Shown: positions 1 through 12,903, counted from the first letter of the whole stretch. The stretch: DNA of 59,896 bases, filler included, from Dirinaria sp. TL-2023a (GCA_051941275.1; 8 parts of 8 records of this genome joined end to end with filler, not necessarily neighbours in it), one strand, 5' to 3'. A program made the numbers and translations. The notes: generated by a model not told the origin, from the sequence alone.

Positions 1-1032
1 CCCCGTCAAGGCCTCCTCCTGAGACAGCCGCTGTCGATCGATGTAGTAGACCGGCGCATACGTAATCGGTATGAAGTATGCCAGGTCCGTTAAAAGGACT
101 CCAACGGATGTTGCTGCCATGGCCCCTGTGCCATCCACGAAGATTCTTGGGTCCGGCAATGTCTCGCGCCAACTGGTTGCTTCTCCTTTGCGCGGTGGAA
201 CTCTGCTTCGGCAAAAGGCCACGCTGATAGCGCAAAGTACGAGTAGCACGAATCCAAGAATACGGATCGACCATGCCCATCCAACTTGAGGGAGCAAAGA
301 TTGTGTCATCAGGGGAAAGAGAACGCCACCGAAGCCGCCTCCTATAAATGCTATGCCACTAGCGAGGCCCCGACGCTCCATGAACCAATGAGCGACACAG
401 CCCATTGATGGTGTGAGGAGAAGCGATGAACCGATACCCGTTAAGATGGAGAACGACAGAAAGATCTGATAGTATTCTATGTCACTATTAGTAAGAAATG
501 GCTAACATACCCCAGCAGGTGGTTACAAGAATAGAGATGATGCATGGAGTATCGGATGAGAACTGATCTTACCTGTACAGAAGCTGAGTGAAAAAATGCC
601 AATGAGCGTGCAAAGACTTCCTGCAATGATCAGTGCACGTGGACCCATTGCATCGAAGGTCGGTCCAATCTGCGCCCCGCAAATCCAGTTCACGAAGGCG
701 TAGATCGAGAATATCCAGCCGAGAGTAGCTGGAGGCTCTTCTGGTAAAACCACTTTCGAGATGACGACCTCGAACACGCCGGCTGTATTGTAGATACCTA
801 GCGATGCGGTCAAGCCACACCAAGCACCCAGTACGACCAACCAGGCATCCCGGCCACCCTCGGGATAAGTAACATCCGTGGCGACGGCCGCGGAATCAGT
901 TGTAGTGGGAAGAGATGGTGAACGTTTTTCGACATAGGGCGTAGAACCTTTTTCATCTGCGGACATCTCCTTTCCGTCATCCGAACGTGTAATATCTGTC
1001 AGTGACGTACTGTGTCGGGAAGTAAATGACAT
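1..1032 (-). CDS. MFS monocarboxylate-porter (MCT/MCH-like) transporter, 3' truncated
   Basis: Exon 1 is 1032-573 (YPEGGRDAWLVVLGAW...GPTFDAMGPR), followed by a GT-AG intron at 572-477. Exon 2 reads EYYQIFLSFSILTGIGSSLL...AHWFMERRGLASGIAFIGGGFGGVLFP...VGWAWSIR and runs off the window edge. These motifs are typical of fungal MCH-type MFS proteins. Confidence 0.9.
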
Positions 1033-1329
1033 CTTCTCCTATGTTTTCTGGTTGCCAGACAAGTTGATTCGGAAAATGAAAATATATATCAGATCTGCTT
1101 TGGCCTGCTCGAGGATCAAATCACTCTCAGAGAGAAAGGGCTCGAAAATGATGCTTGATACTGCAGTGACTCTTCGAGCCTTTGCTTGCAATGAGATTAA
1201 TTGGGGCTTTTTGGGTAAATGTAGAGTGAAAGCCAAAAAGAAAAACCAAAGCGCACGAGAGCCCATTATATAGGAATCCAAGGAGAGCATAGTATATGGA
1301 TGTTGAGTATCATGTCAGAGCCATTGCGG

Positions 1330-1499
1330 TGTATTCAAATTGACCACTCGCAGCACAGCACCGGAAATAAGACAGAGTGTGTACTCAAATTAGCCAATCA
1401 GCGACAAGCGACTCGGGGTAAAATGTGAACTCAAAGTGACCAATCACCAGTGACAACCACACGTCATTATGATTGCTATGTACTCGAATTGATCAATCA
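1330..1499. promoter_or_regulatory. Four copies of a 21-bp CCAAT-containing element (consensus TGTACTCAAATTGACCAATCA)
   Basis: Copies at 1330-1350, 1380-1400, 1426-1446 and 1479-1499, about 300-470 bp upstream of the MFS start codon. The repeat is seen directly; its regulatory role is inferred. Confidence 0.6.
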
Positions 1500-2360
1500 G
1501 CGCATTAGCAATCCTGTTTATACTACACTCGAGATCAACGTCAATCATCTTTGCATCCAGCTAAAAGGTGAACGTATACTATCCTATGGATGAATTACGG
1601 CAGTCGAAGAATCGTAATGTATGGAACCCTCGGAAAGAAGCGCCTAGAAAAGAGAACGGAAGGGGCTTTGCTCGAAAGCGAAATGTGCGTCCAGATCATT
1701 TCCCTAAGTCGTAGAAGTACGGACCAGAGCCATGCCACAAGATGCAAAAGCAGCGGGCGCATGAATACTTATCAATGCAGTATCGATCGTGAAGCAGGCA
1801 GGCGATAAGTTAGGTAGGATCTCAGATTATGGGAAAGAAATGAGACAAGTATCTATGTACCTACTTCATAGCCACTGAGCATTTCGAGCTGAAAAAAATT
1901 CAACGTGGAAACGAGATCTGAGGTGCGAGGTGCCGCGGCATCCATCCAGGTTCCCGCAATGCCTGAATTTGCTTGGCAGGGGTCCTACAGGTTGTCTTTA
2001 GCTAGGATCCTTTACCTTAGGTGATTACATTGGGTATTGCATCTGTTACATCCTCTATGAGAAATTAAAACCCAGCTGAGCCTCGCTTGGGAGAATCAGT
2101 CCTGTACGCTTGGTCCACGCACCTTACTTTAGAGTCCAGTAGCCAAATTCTGACGTTATTGGCTTTTTCTTGCGACTTGGAAAGAGAAAGCAAAGGAAAT
2201 TCCAGAGTCACACGCTCGCTAGCTCTTCCGATATTCCCCCGAGAAAGCCCTAACACTAACACGCTGGACCTCTGACAGGAAGGAAAAAACCAAAAACAAA
2301 AAAAAAAAAGAGGAAAAAAAAAAGGAGCCTGGGGACTCGAACGCCATTCATATCCGTTAG

Positions 2361-3356
2361 TGTAAGGAGCCACATGACCCACTAGGCACTCTCATCCTGC
2401 CTACCCCGCGAAATCGACAGCTAGACGCGGTTCATCAACACTCGGACAGACCACGGTCAACCTAGACCATATCACTATCACTGGTTGAAAATCAATCTAC
2501 TAAAATAATACATGAACACTAAGCAAGACCTTTTATGCACTAAAACTCTGAGCACCAGAGAGACTCGAGAATATCGTCGTCGCTGAAACATATCCTTCAA
2601 GTATAGAACCTGGAGAGTTAAGGTCAGGAATTACTTCTTTTATTTTGACCATCAATAATCGAGCCGCTCACTCCAAGCACCTCCAACTCAAGCTCTTTTG
2701 CTTCTTCTCCAAGAACCTCCTTGATGATCCGCTGCATCAGGACTCGATTCCCAACGCTATACCCTTTATTAAAATGGTCATGATCTCCTAGATGCTTCTC
2801 CCCCAGCATTTCGCGCTACTCTTCCAAACCCAATGCTCTTTCTACAAAACCCCCTATTCATCCCCTCCATTATCTCTCGAATCGCTCAAGACGAAGGTCG
2901 AACATTACTATTACCGATCTCTTTCCGTTTGAAAAAAATCTTCACGATCAAGATCCTCGACTCAGATGACGAAAAACTCAATAGCCCTCGTAGCAGCAGG
3001 CGATGATTCTCCAGCTCCTGAGAAGAGCGGATTTCCAGGTCGCAAGATTATTAACTCCGTCGTACACCGTTCATAATTATGCTTCAAGACGTTTTGAAAG
3101 CGATAGCGAGCCCGATTTCGAGAGACGTTACGGCACCTGGTCGGACTTTGTCGCCGCCTTCGGAAGGTGTTTGATCGAGGCGAGGTTTGCAATAAAGCTG
3201 CTTGCCTATCATGACGCCATCTAGAAGAATGGCTCCGCACCAATATTTCGGCCGAGTTTGAATCTCTGCGAGATCAGAGACCACGAAGATAGAAATCGGT
3301 ATAGCAAATTTCGAAGTTAGGAAGTACTTATTTCGATCCCAAGGCGGAACCTAACA
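2361..3356. mobile_element. Putative LTR-retrotransposon relic / large solo LTR
   Basis: Begins TGTAA and ends TAACA. Flanked by GTTAG (2356-2360) and GTTCG (3357-3361), a 4/5 match to a 5-bp target-site duplication. The interior has only stop-riddled frames. Confidence 0.4.
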
Positions 3357-3937
3357 GTTCGTGCCCAAATTTAGAACTGAGAACACCCTAATTTCTTGAT
3401 TAAATGCAAGCATTATATACGATACCTATCGCACAAAAGAAAATGAACTATGCAAACAAAAAGAAGGCAGGCGCAGGACTGGAGAACTAGTATCCTTGAC
3501 TAGTTCAACTGCTTACGAATATCCGAGAGAGATTGACATGCTTTGGTGCATTGAGACACGGAACTTTTAACACCTTGAGGATCTTTGTGCCACTTGTTTG
3601 GCTACGTGGAATGGTGGACAGCTATGGAAATGACTTTGGTGGCACGGGAGTCGGGGTTGTTTGACACTGCGGCTACATCGGATGAAGTACATGCATGATC
3701 GCCTAAGTCTGCCATCATCAATCATCTTTCATTCGAATGGGTCGAAAAAAGGGCGAAGTGAGAACTTCAAAAGAAGAGGCAGCAGGAATAGCGAAGACGG
3801 CCCCACCAACTTCTCAATATGCGATAGGACTATCCAGAATATCCCGGAAGATCGCTCTCGCCCACGCCTGGTACGAATACTGTACTTGAACCACCATCCA
3901 CGCCTTTTTATTCTTTTTTTTTTTTTTTTTCAAAGAA

Positions 3938-5727
3938 TTAGCCAACGATAACGTTCTTGGCCCTTTTCACAATGCCGCCTTTCTTCTGAACCGTTTCCTC
4001 ATCCACGGCACCAATCCCCTCCACCCTTCGCCCCGTCCAGAGATCCATCTCCTCTAATTTCACCCATTTCGTCCGTTTCCAGAACTTATATCCGACCAAC
4101 AATATGAGGAACACCGGCAACAGTATGTAGTTAATAACCAAATCCGTGGCACTGAACGGGTTTAAAAATGCTGTGTAACCCTGGAAGAAAATCAAGAAGA
4201 TATTCGCCCCCAGCGCGGCGTACGTGCCGTAGGGGTACCACATCGCTTTGAAGGGGAGCGTAGAAAGAGGTTCATTCTGCGCGGCCAGGCCGTTGCGAAA
4301 GCGGATGTGAGTGAGCTCGATGGTGCCCCTATAAGCCGGCTTAATAACCAGGTGTCGAAGTGAAAGATAGGGGGGGAAGGGTTTACCAGACAATGAAAGT
4401 AGCCACTCCAGATAACGTGATGAGCGCATTGTACACCGTTCCCGCCGCATCACTGACGCTCAGAAAAGAAATACAGGCCACCAAATTGCTCAGCAACAAC
4501 GCCACCCACGGCACACCGGTTCTGGTCACGCGCCCAAAGATCTTCGGGGCTTTGCCGTTGCGGGCCATGAACAGTATAGTTCTGGAGCTTACATAGAGAC
4601 TGCTGTTTCCAGCGCTGATGACGGCTATCACGATCACGGCGTTAATAAGGCTTGCCCCAGCATTGATGCCTGCGTCCGAAAGTGCGATGGTCAAAGGCGA
4701 TTGCGCAGTTTTCGATGCCTTGGCCAGGAGGCGCTTGTCATTCCAGGGGATTAGAATACCGATGAAGAACATCATTCCGACGTAGAAAATGAGGATTCGC
4801 CAGAAGACCTGCCGGATAGCGCGAGGGACAGCGCGTCGCGGGTTGGAGGATTCGCCAGAGGTAATGCCAACCATTTCGGTGCCGGCGTAGAGAGTTCCGG
4901 CAATGACGAAAGTATTGGCGACGCCGTTGATAGAGTCAGCGAAGGCACCGGCTATATTTACGATTATTAACAGTTCGTAAAGGGGATAGCCACGTGGGGA
5001 GAAAGGGATGACTAACGCTTGTGCCAATAAGTGAAGCCGATTTTGCGGGGACCGATAACGCCCGCGCTGATAAAGATGGAGCATATGAAAAAGATGAATA
5101 TGGCGAGGACTTTGATCCTGGCCACATGTCAGGAAGAAAAGGCTATCGAGTCACGTCGAAAGATGCCTACAGAGAAAGCCAAAACTCGACCTCCCCATAT
5201 GCCAAAATCCCCGCCATGCTGAAACCAAGGAATATAAACCAGAAGATCAATATCCAACCCCACTGTGGCACCGTGTCCGTCCAGTACCTAATCACCAGCG
5301 AAATCGCATTATACTCATTGGCCAGCACCGTGACCCACAAATACCAATAGGCCCAGCCCAGGGCAAAAGATAGCGAATCGTCCACGAAGCGGGCCGCGTA
5401 CTCTGTGAAGGAGCCCGTCACGGGAATCAAAGTCGCCAGCTCGCCAAGCGACTGCATCACGAAGAAGACAATAATCCCAACCAGGGAGAAACTGATGATG
5501 ATGCCACCGGGGCCAGCCAGGTGAAGCGCATTGCCGGATCCGACGAAGAGACCGGGGCCGATGATGCCCCCAATCGCGATCATCTGGAGGTGGCGGGACT
5601 TCAGCTTCCGATGCAATGGGGCTGAGTATGCCTCTTCTACAGCATATGGGACGGCCGCATCACCGCTTGGGCTTGAGGCGGGGGTGCCCTCAACGCTCGC
5701 TTGTCTTTTCTCGTCGGTGACTGCCAT
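3938..5727 (-). CDS. Amino-acid permease (APC superfamily, YAT family)
   Basis: Four exons with three GT-AG introns (near 5170-5120, 5017-4952 and 4386-4329). Motifs include LHRKLKSRHLQMIAIGGIIGPGLFVGSG, YGEVEFWLSLIK, YAGTEMVGITSGES and ISAGNSSLYVSSR. Confidence 0.95.
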
Positions 5728-6790
5728 GGCGGATATGGACCAAGATACAAGAGAAAATGTGTCAGACCGGTTAGAGGTGAGATTGATGCATTGTTTTGCT
5801 TGAAAATCTGATCAAAACTGTGTGATAGCAAGCACACAAAAAGCTTGAGATTTGTACTTATTTTACCTACTCTGACGGTGTGGCCGAGCATATAAAGTAT
5901 GGTACCGATGCTCTGGGAGCGTTATATAATCGACGCTACGATCACGCAATAGCATGAAGACGGCCATCGATATGTACGCTTGAAAGGACCAATTCGGTCG
6001 CGATTGGCCATTGGACAGATAAGCTATTGGCGAGCTTTGGCGAGGAAGATTTCCGCCGCTTTTTCCCGCATACAATTCTGCAGCTACGAAGCGTGCGAGG
6101 GAAAAGGGAAAAGTTGTTCTACGGGCCGATGACCCCGCGAATAGCGAAGTCGGGGATCGAGGGGTACTAGCTTAGGTAAGCTAGACCTCGGGATTTAGGC
6201 GTGGGGTGCATCCAGTCCCCCAATGCTGGGTACTTTACATAAAGGAATGACTGCAGCTCCCTTGAATGAACTGGACGGAATCATTAAGCAGATGATATCT
6301 AGGTAAGTACTGCTATACCTACCTAGGTCCTTCACTTTAGGTGAACCCTTTTCTATTCCATTTTTGATCCTAATTTAGCATGTGCGCAGGGACCTTAAGT
6401 TACAGTAAGGTAGGTTGCTCAATCACCTTTCCCACTAAAGATGAATTAGACGACTTTCCGACGTCATTGTCCGTCGTAAAGTGACCTGAAACAAGGCAAG
6501 GCGCCTTAGGTAAGGTACCTTAGGTAGGTTCACTTTGCTTCAGTAGCCCCCGTCAACCCCACTTCAATGCTCCTCTGACGTGCCCCCGAACAGACATGGT
6601 GCCTGCCAAGTATAAATCTTGGCTCTGCCAAGTTTCTCTCTCCTTTCTTCCTTCAGCTTCTTCCATACCTGGAAATTCCTCTACTCCAGATTTCCAATTT
6701 CAAAAAAGTCAATAAAGTCCGTCAGAAAACATCTCTGTATCTACTCTGCCTATCTCTCCAAAATAAAATCCTCAACAAGATTCTGCAATC

Positions 6791-7440
6791 ATGTTCGGCT
6801 TCGGTAGGGTTTCTTGATTCCAATGCTTCTAAAACATACGCTCACGGCTTCGAGACGACGCCCAGCAGGCTCATCAGGACGTCTACGGCCAGGACGGCCA
6901 GCCTGACAACCAAGCCACGTTCACGGGCGAGGCCCTTGGTGGTGCCGCTGGCTTTGAGGCCATGAGAAAGGTAAGCTTCTCGCATGGAAACGAAAAACTT
7001 TTCTCTTTTCATGCGGTCTACCTCTTTGGGGGCCTGAACATTTTCCCTCCTATCACCTCCCCAACAGGCAAATACTAACACCAATCACAGTACGAACAGC
7101 ACGAAGAAGCCAATGGTAAAACCTCCCCCTTCTACTACTACTCCAATACAAACCCTCTCAAAACCACCCCTCTTTTCTTCTTTCTTCGCCCATCAAATCC
7201 AACTCCCACTAACTACCTTCCCATCAACATCAAACAGGCAAGCCCGAGAACCACAAACTAGCAAAAGAAATCCTCGCCGGCTTCGCGGGCGCCGAAGCCG
7301 ACCGTCTCGTCCAGACCAAGGGCGAAGATTTCTATGATCGCGAGAAGATCAAGTACCAAGCCCGGGAGAACGCGAACAACTACTACGATCAGAAGTATCT
7401 GGGCGGAGGAGGTGGTGACCAAGGCGGGGATGGAGGGTAC
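6791..7440 (+). CDS. cipC: CipC-like protein (DUF3759), 3' end at the contig edge
   Basis: Exons 6791-6803, 6855-6970, 7091-7115 and 7238->7440 give MFGFDDAQQAHQDVYG...EALGGAAGFEAMRKYEQHEEANGKPENHKLAKEILAGFAGAEADRLVQTKGEDFYDREK, the CipC family pattern. Missed by the ORF track because the exons are short. Confidence 0.85.
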
Positions 7441-7540
7441 NNNNNNNNNNNNNNNNNNNNNNNNNNNNNNNNNNNNNNNNNNNNTTAATTAATTAANNNN
7501 NNNNNNNNNNNNNNNNNNNNNNNNNNNNNNNNNNNNNNNN
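7441..7540. other. Artificial contig linker
   Basis: N44-TTAATTAATTAA-N44, with stops in all six frames. Confidence 0.99.
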
Positions 7541-7787
7541 GTTGACGGAGCAGGGCAATCAACGAGTCGCCATCTTCTTGCACATGCACGTTTGCAGATA
7601 CCTTGCCGGTTCTGAGGAGAAGTGTCCGTTTCTACCACATGAAGTGTATCAAGGAAAGGTATTTGATCCCGTACAAGCGAATTTCGAACGCTTTCTGGAA
7701 GATGAAAAGGAGAGGAAGCTGAGAAAATTGTTTTGGAGCCAGGAGAGTGACGAGGAGCTCGACATTGATGTTGGCAGTAGTCCATGA
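7541..7787 (+). CDS. Possible 3' fragment of an unidentified gene
   Basis: A frame is open from the contig start to TGA at 7787, with protein-like composition (FERFLEDEKERKLRKLFW). No recognised motif. Confidence 0.3.
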
Positions 7788-8347
7788 TGCTCGCAGCTTG
7801 TTGATCGGGCTCAGGTAGTCCAACGTAGAATGTCTATAAAGTAATAGTCAAGGATGGCTACTAGGGAACCGTGTCGTAAAATGGGCGCATCTTCAGTCCC
7901 CGAACATTCCCCAGTGGGCCGTATCCTCGAGTGATAAAACATTGCCTCATGTGATCTTACCATCGAGTATGACACTTCTATGAGCTTTTTGCCTTGAACG
8001 TATAGACGTTAGCTATTTCGTAGAGGAGATCTAGGGCCGGATCGAAGAGATGAGCCGTCCCTCGCGTCCGTACCTGATGGCCCCAAAGACCCGATGCCCC
8101 GATATCGGAAGATCGCCAAGATCTGATAAGTCCGAATAGGAAATGCTGCCGAGGGGGCAGCTCTACTTGGTACAAGGCAGAATACTCAGCTTCCTGACTA
8201 GTACTCAGAAACCTCGACCGTCCACGATGAGCTCCACCTAATCCTTGGTTGCAGACCCCTCTCTGCTGCCTGTAGAGAGATCTTCCTTCTGCCTCATGTA
8301 GCACCAGCTGGTGCTTCTTCCGGACAGCAACTATCCTTCGACGTATC

Positions 8348-10124
8348 ATGAAACGTCCGCAGCTGCCTGAATCCCGCCGGAAATCCTCAACCATTCACTA
8401 TCAGACCTTCCCTACCCCTCCCCCCAAATCCAAAGGTCAACCACCCTCACAATCACCATCCTCATCCAGAGGAAGCCATCATGGCCGCCATGGCTCCAGT
8501 TCCTCGGGGCACACCGCGTCGCCACTACCCAAGCGGCAGCTCGCCATCCTTGCTGTCATTGCCCTATGCGAACAGACCGCCCTCAATTCGATAAGCCCAT
8601 ATTTGCCTCAGATGGCTTCTTCATTTCCAGAAGTAGATGCAGGACAAGTCGGTCTTTATGTTGGAACCATAGCGTCCTCGTTCGCGCTCGCACAGTTTGC
8701 TACAAATTTCTTCTGGGGTTGGATATCAGATAGGATTGGGAGAAAGCCAGTTGTGCTAACGGGTACTCTGTTCACGGCGTTGGGTCTTCTGGCGTTTGGA
8801 TTCTGCAGGAAGCTATGGCAAGCGGTCTTGGTGCAGGTCTTCATCGGTCTTTCGAACGGCAATCAGGGTGTCATCTCAACATGTCTGGGCGAGATAACAG
8901 ATCGGAGTAACCAGTCACGCGCGTTCGTCTACCTACCGGTCCTATATGGTCTCGGTGGTATAACAGGGCCGGTTCTAGGTGGCTTGCTGGTACCGAAGGG
9001 CGCACATCCTACAAAAAAGCATCCATATCCATACCTGCCGCCAAACCTATTGTCTACTGGAATTCTAGTTCTCGACCTGATCCTGTCAATGATCTTTTTA
9101 GAAGAGAGCCTGGAGGAAGCTCGAGACTTACCGCCATTGGGAAAGCGAGTAGCGGACCTCTTCTCCTGGGTCTGGCAATTCGCAAGTTCAAGCCGGCCTA
9201 CCTACCTCAAGGTTCCTGATCGGCCACAGTCACACATGAACGGTGACCGGGCTAACGAGCGTGATGATGAGGAAATTTCTGGCTCAGAAACCGGATCTCA
9301 AGCTTCGTTACCTACTTTACTTCCACATCAAAGTGCAGATCTCGCCGCGACTAATGTCTTCGGCCGAGATACAATATGCCTTCTTACTTCATTTTTGATC
9401 TTCCAGCTGTCAAATGTGTCTTATAACTCGCTGTACCCTATCTTCGGAGCAGCTGATCCCCCTACCGGGCGTAGCCTCTCACCAGAGGAGATTGGAATCA
9501 CACTTGGCTTCGCTGGGGCTGCCACAATCATCTTTCAGGTCGGCGTCTTTGGCAAACTTCGGGAAAAGATGGGAAATAGAAAGACCTACTGCGTCTGTAT
9601 GGCGGGGATGGTGGTAGCGTACCTTCTGACGCCCTGGGTCGGATATAAGGATGCAAAGAGAGGAGATGGTGGTATCTCCAGTGGACAGAGATGGCTCTGG
9701 GTCGAGCTTGGATTCTGCTTGTTGGTGCGGGCTGTGGCTTCTGTTGGATGCTTGACGAGCGCACTGTTGCTGGTAGGTCCGAGTTGACTTCGACCAGCCT
9801 GTGAAAACTAATAAATACACCCAGATCACCAATTCCGCACCCAACCATGCTGTGCTCGGCCGTATCAACGGGCTCGCCCAAACTCTCTCAGCGGCTGGCC
9901 GGGCTGTTGGCCCTTTTATTGCAGGAAGCTTGTTTTCTCTTGCTACACACGTGCACCCCAAGGGCGAAGCGATGGCGTTCGGCGTTTTTGGTGGCATCAC
10001 TTTCTTGGGCTTTTTACTGACCTTTGGGATACGAGGCAAAGGCCTTGAAGCTGCAGAGTGGGATGAGGAGGAAGGTAGCGAAGATGATGAGGATGAGCAT
10101 AGTGGAGAGGATACACGACGCTAG
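8348..10124 (+). CDS. MFS transporter (DHA1-like; YCR023C/ZIFL-like)
   Basis: Exons 8348-9772 and 9825-10124. Contains MFS motif A (WGWISDRIGRKPV), GEITDRSNQSRAF and LGRINGLAQTLSAAGRAVGP. Confidence 0.92.
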
Positions 10125-10626
10125 ATACGGTCTGCATGCTTGTAGAATTCATTTTCGACTGAGAAAAGCGATTAGGTTAGAGGCGCTCAGGCAAGTTGCT
10201 CTACGCTGCTTATATGAAGAGAAAATAGCAAGCCAAAGCCGAAAGAGTAAGTCAAAGCAAAATTCTCTACCCGATAGTGTCGCATGGTGCTGCTCTCGCC
10301 GATATCAAATCCAGCTCCTACTGTCTCACCATCTCAGATCTCATACACCTTAAGAGCACATAGAGATGGATAGTGAGTTGCGATGATCAAAATATCACGA
10401 TTTGCTCGGATAGAATATATCTGCATTATCCAAGCGAATTCGGTCATACAATTGTTCCATCAACGGGAAAGCATTTACCTACCACGTGCAGTGCCGAAAG
10501 GCGAGGTGACGAATGAAGGAAACCCCCTTTACATCAACACTTCCTCGAAAGTCTCGAGCCTAGTTCGATACTCCTACCTGGTCTAAAGCGGCTATAAGTC
10601 TCGATCATGTCTACATCAAGAGCAAA

Positions 10627-12389
10627 ATGATCTATTTTCCGCCTTTGCGTCGTCTTTTGCTCCCGGCCATCTTCCTCTTGGCCCTTGCTATCTTCTACCG
10701 TTCCAGCTTACAAGTTCCCAGCTTCCCACCTTTGGTCCTACATTCATCACCCACGCCACCCGAAGGCTTACATAGATCAATCTCGAGTCTCAAGATTCAG
10801 CCGCTACCTATCTACAACGCCAGCAACAATCATCTGCCACCACCCCAAAAATACTACTATAGCGGCATCACAAGTTCCAACGATACCACATATGCGTCTC
10901 CACGTAACCCTGCCCTCAAAGTCCTCTTCGACTGCCCCGTCAAGCCCAACAAGTACACCGGTCATATCCGCTTGCACAATATCATCCAGAATATCTCACA
11001 CGTATCTGCGACGGCGAATCCTGATCCTCGAGTCTTCTGGAATCCGACCATCATCTCTCTACCTTATTGGTCCAAGAACCAATATCTCGTGGTGAGCCGT
11101 ATCGTCACCGATGGCAACCACCAAGAGAACGTACTATGCGAGGCCAACGTCTGTTACGTGGGCTCAGGCAAGGATGCCAGACCAGGCGAGAAACCATGTA
11201 CAGCCGATGATCTGATCCACCTTGGTCCAGGTGGAGGTATGAGATGCGTGACAGCACCTTTCACCCTGAGTGTGCCACCAACGCCTGCCCAGCATTGCGA
11301 GGGTAAATTCGGGAGTTACGTGGATATCCCTGGGTTCCATGACCCGCGAATATTCTGGAGCGGCAGAGGCGAGCCTTTGATGATGGTCAACACCCAGTAT
11401 GTTCCAACTTGCCTTCTATTTCTTCCTACTTGTTCAACGTCACTTACAGGTCTCGCTACGCCTGCTTTGGCCTCTGGCTCATCGACCTCCGCGCGGTGCA
11501 TCCATCACTTGACAGCCTCCTAGCTTCCTCCCCGACCCGGCCTTCTCTTGGTCCCCTTAAATCGTACGCTTCTCTGACCGAGTTAACCCGGAACCCACCT
11601 TCAACCCGCTCGCCTATCGAGAAGAATTGGATGCTCTTCTTCCCATCCTCCGGCGAAAGCTACATCCACTACGACCTCTCTGCTTCTCGCGCCGGTCGAA
11701 CATTTGCCAAGCTCCTTGGCAGTGGTCTTAGTACCACGAATCTAACAGATCCGCTCGAGCTTTCCTGTCTGGAGTCAAATGATGCAGGGGGAAAAGACGC
11801 GGCCAAAGAAAGCGGGACGTATCATCAGGCTACAAATTCTCTGCGCCTGATTCTCTGTGCCCGAGGGGACAAAACATGTAGACCGACCAAAGAGAACACG
11901 GTCTTCATAGCACTCGTCCATCGCAAATTTCCGAATATCCTGGAGCTTCCTCTCCGCTACGAGCGGTACTTCATGGTTTGGTCCGCCTCTCCGCCATTCA
12001 GTATGCTCGCTGTCTCGAAACATCCCATTCTCCTTGCAAATGAGACCGCCAGTGGTTGGACTGAGAGTGAGAATTGGGATGATGACCCTGTCAACCGCAA
12101 AGTGGTATCGCGGAATAGGGGTCCGTTCTCGGTTGGCGCGAAAGTATTCAATGCCACTGAACCTTTTGGTGGGAAGGACTACTGGGCATATTTCACGTAT
12201 ACGGTCAGTATCAGCTATGCATGGGGCCGAGAGAGGGACGAAGTGGAAGATAAAAATGTGGGCTACTTAGATGACGAGATCATGTTGGGCATTGGGGTCG
12301 ATGACAAGGGTCAGTGTTTTGCCAGGGTAAAAGCAGGGGATTTGGTGCAGTGCATGAGGGCATGTCCGGGGAAAGCGGACAGAGGGTAG
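10627..12389 (+). CDS. Membrane-anchored/secreted protein, putative beta-mannosyltransferase (GT91/BMT)-like beta-propeller
   Basis: Exons 10627-11396 and 11450-12389. N-terminal hydrophobic anchor, FHDPRIFW and IEKNW motifs, several Cys. The gene is solid; the function is inferred from the motifs. Confidence 0.65.
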
Positions 12390-12903
12390 GATTCATGGCG
12401 GGACGACAGAATAGATTGAGCAAGGAGACGGCATTCATGACTAGAAGGAAGTAGATTAGCTCGTTGCGCTCTGTTTTGGGCTTTTCAATAGAGTATATGG
12501 ACACGGAGTTGAAGTCATTTGTCGTCATGAACATACCGGAGATCCTCGGCGACATCCTATCATACAGGGCGTACCTTACATATTGAATGTTGACTGTTTA
12601 CGGTTTTCTCACTCGAGACCAACCCTGGCTGAAACCTTCTCTAGGGTCTCGGCATACGCGGCGCACGACCCTCGAGCGTACCTACACTACTACTGTAGAT
12701 AGCGAGATAGCTTAGTATTGCCGCATCCTGGGACCTTCCAACAATATTCATCATGTGAATTGATATCTGGTGCGCTGCATAGCGCAGACTGCTTTCCACC
12801 TTCTTCTCGGCAATCGCTCTGTTCAACTGCTCTCCCATCGCAGTCTCTCACGGTGTCCACTGACCAGCAAGCTTCCCCTGCTCCCCACCTCCGAGCATTC
12901 AAC

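Noticed and set aside
2324..2360. tRNA-like T-loop (GTTCGAGTCCCC followed by a T-run) on the minus strand
   Set aside because: No matching acceptor stem, D-arm or anticodon arm, even after removing the adjacent putative insertion.
7485..7496. TTAATTAATTAA recurring every ~7.5 kb as a possible biological repeat
   Set aside because: It is always centred in exactly 44+44 N, so it is an assembly linker.
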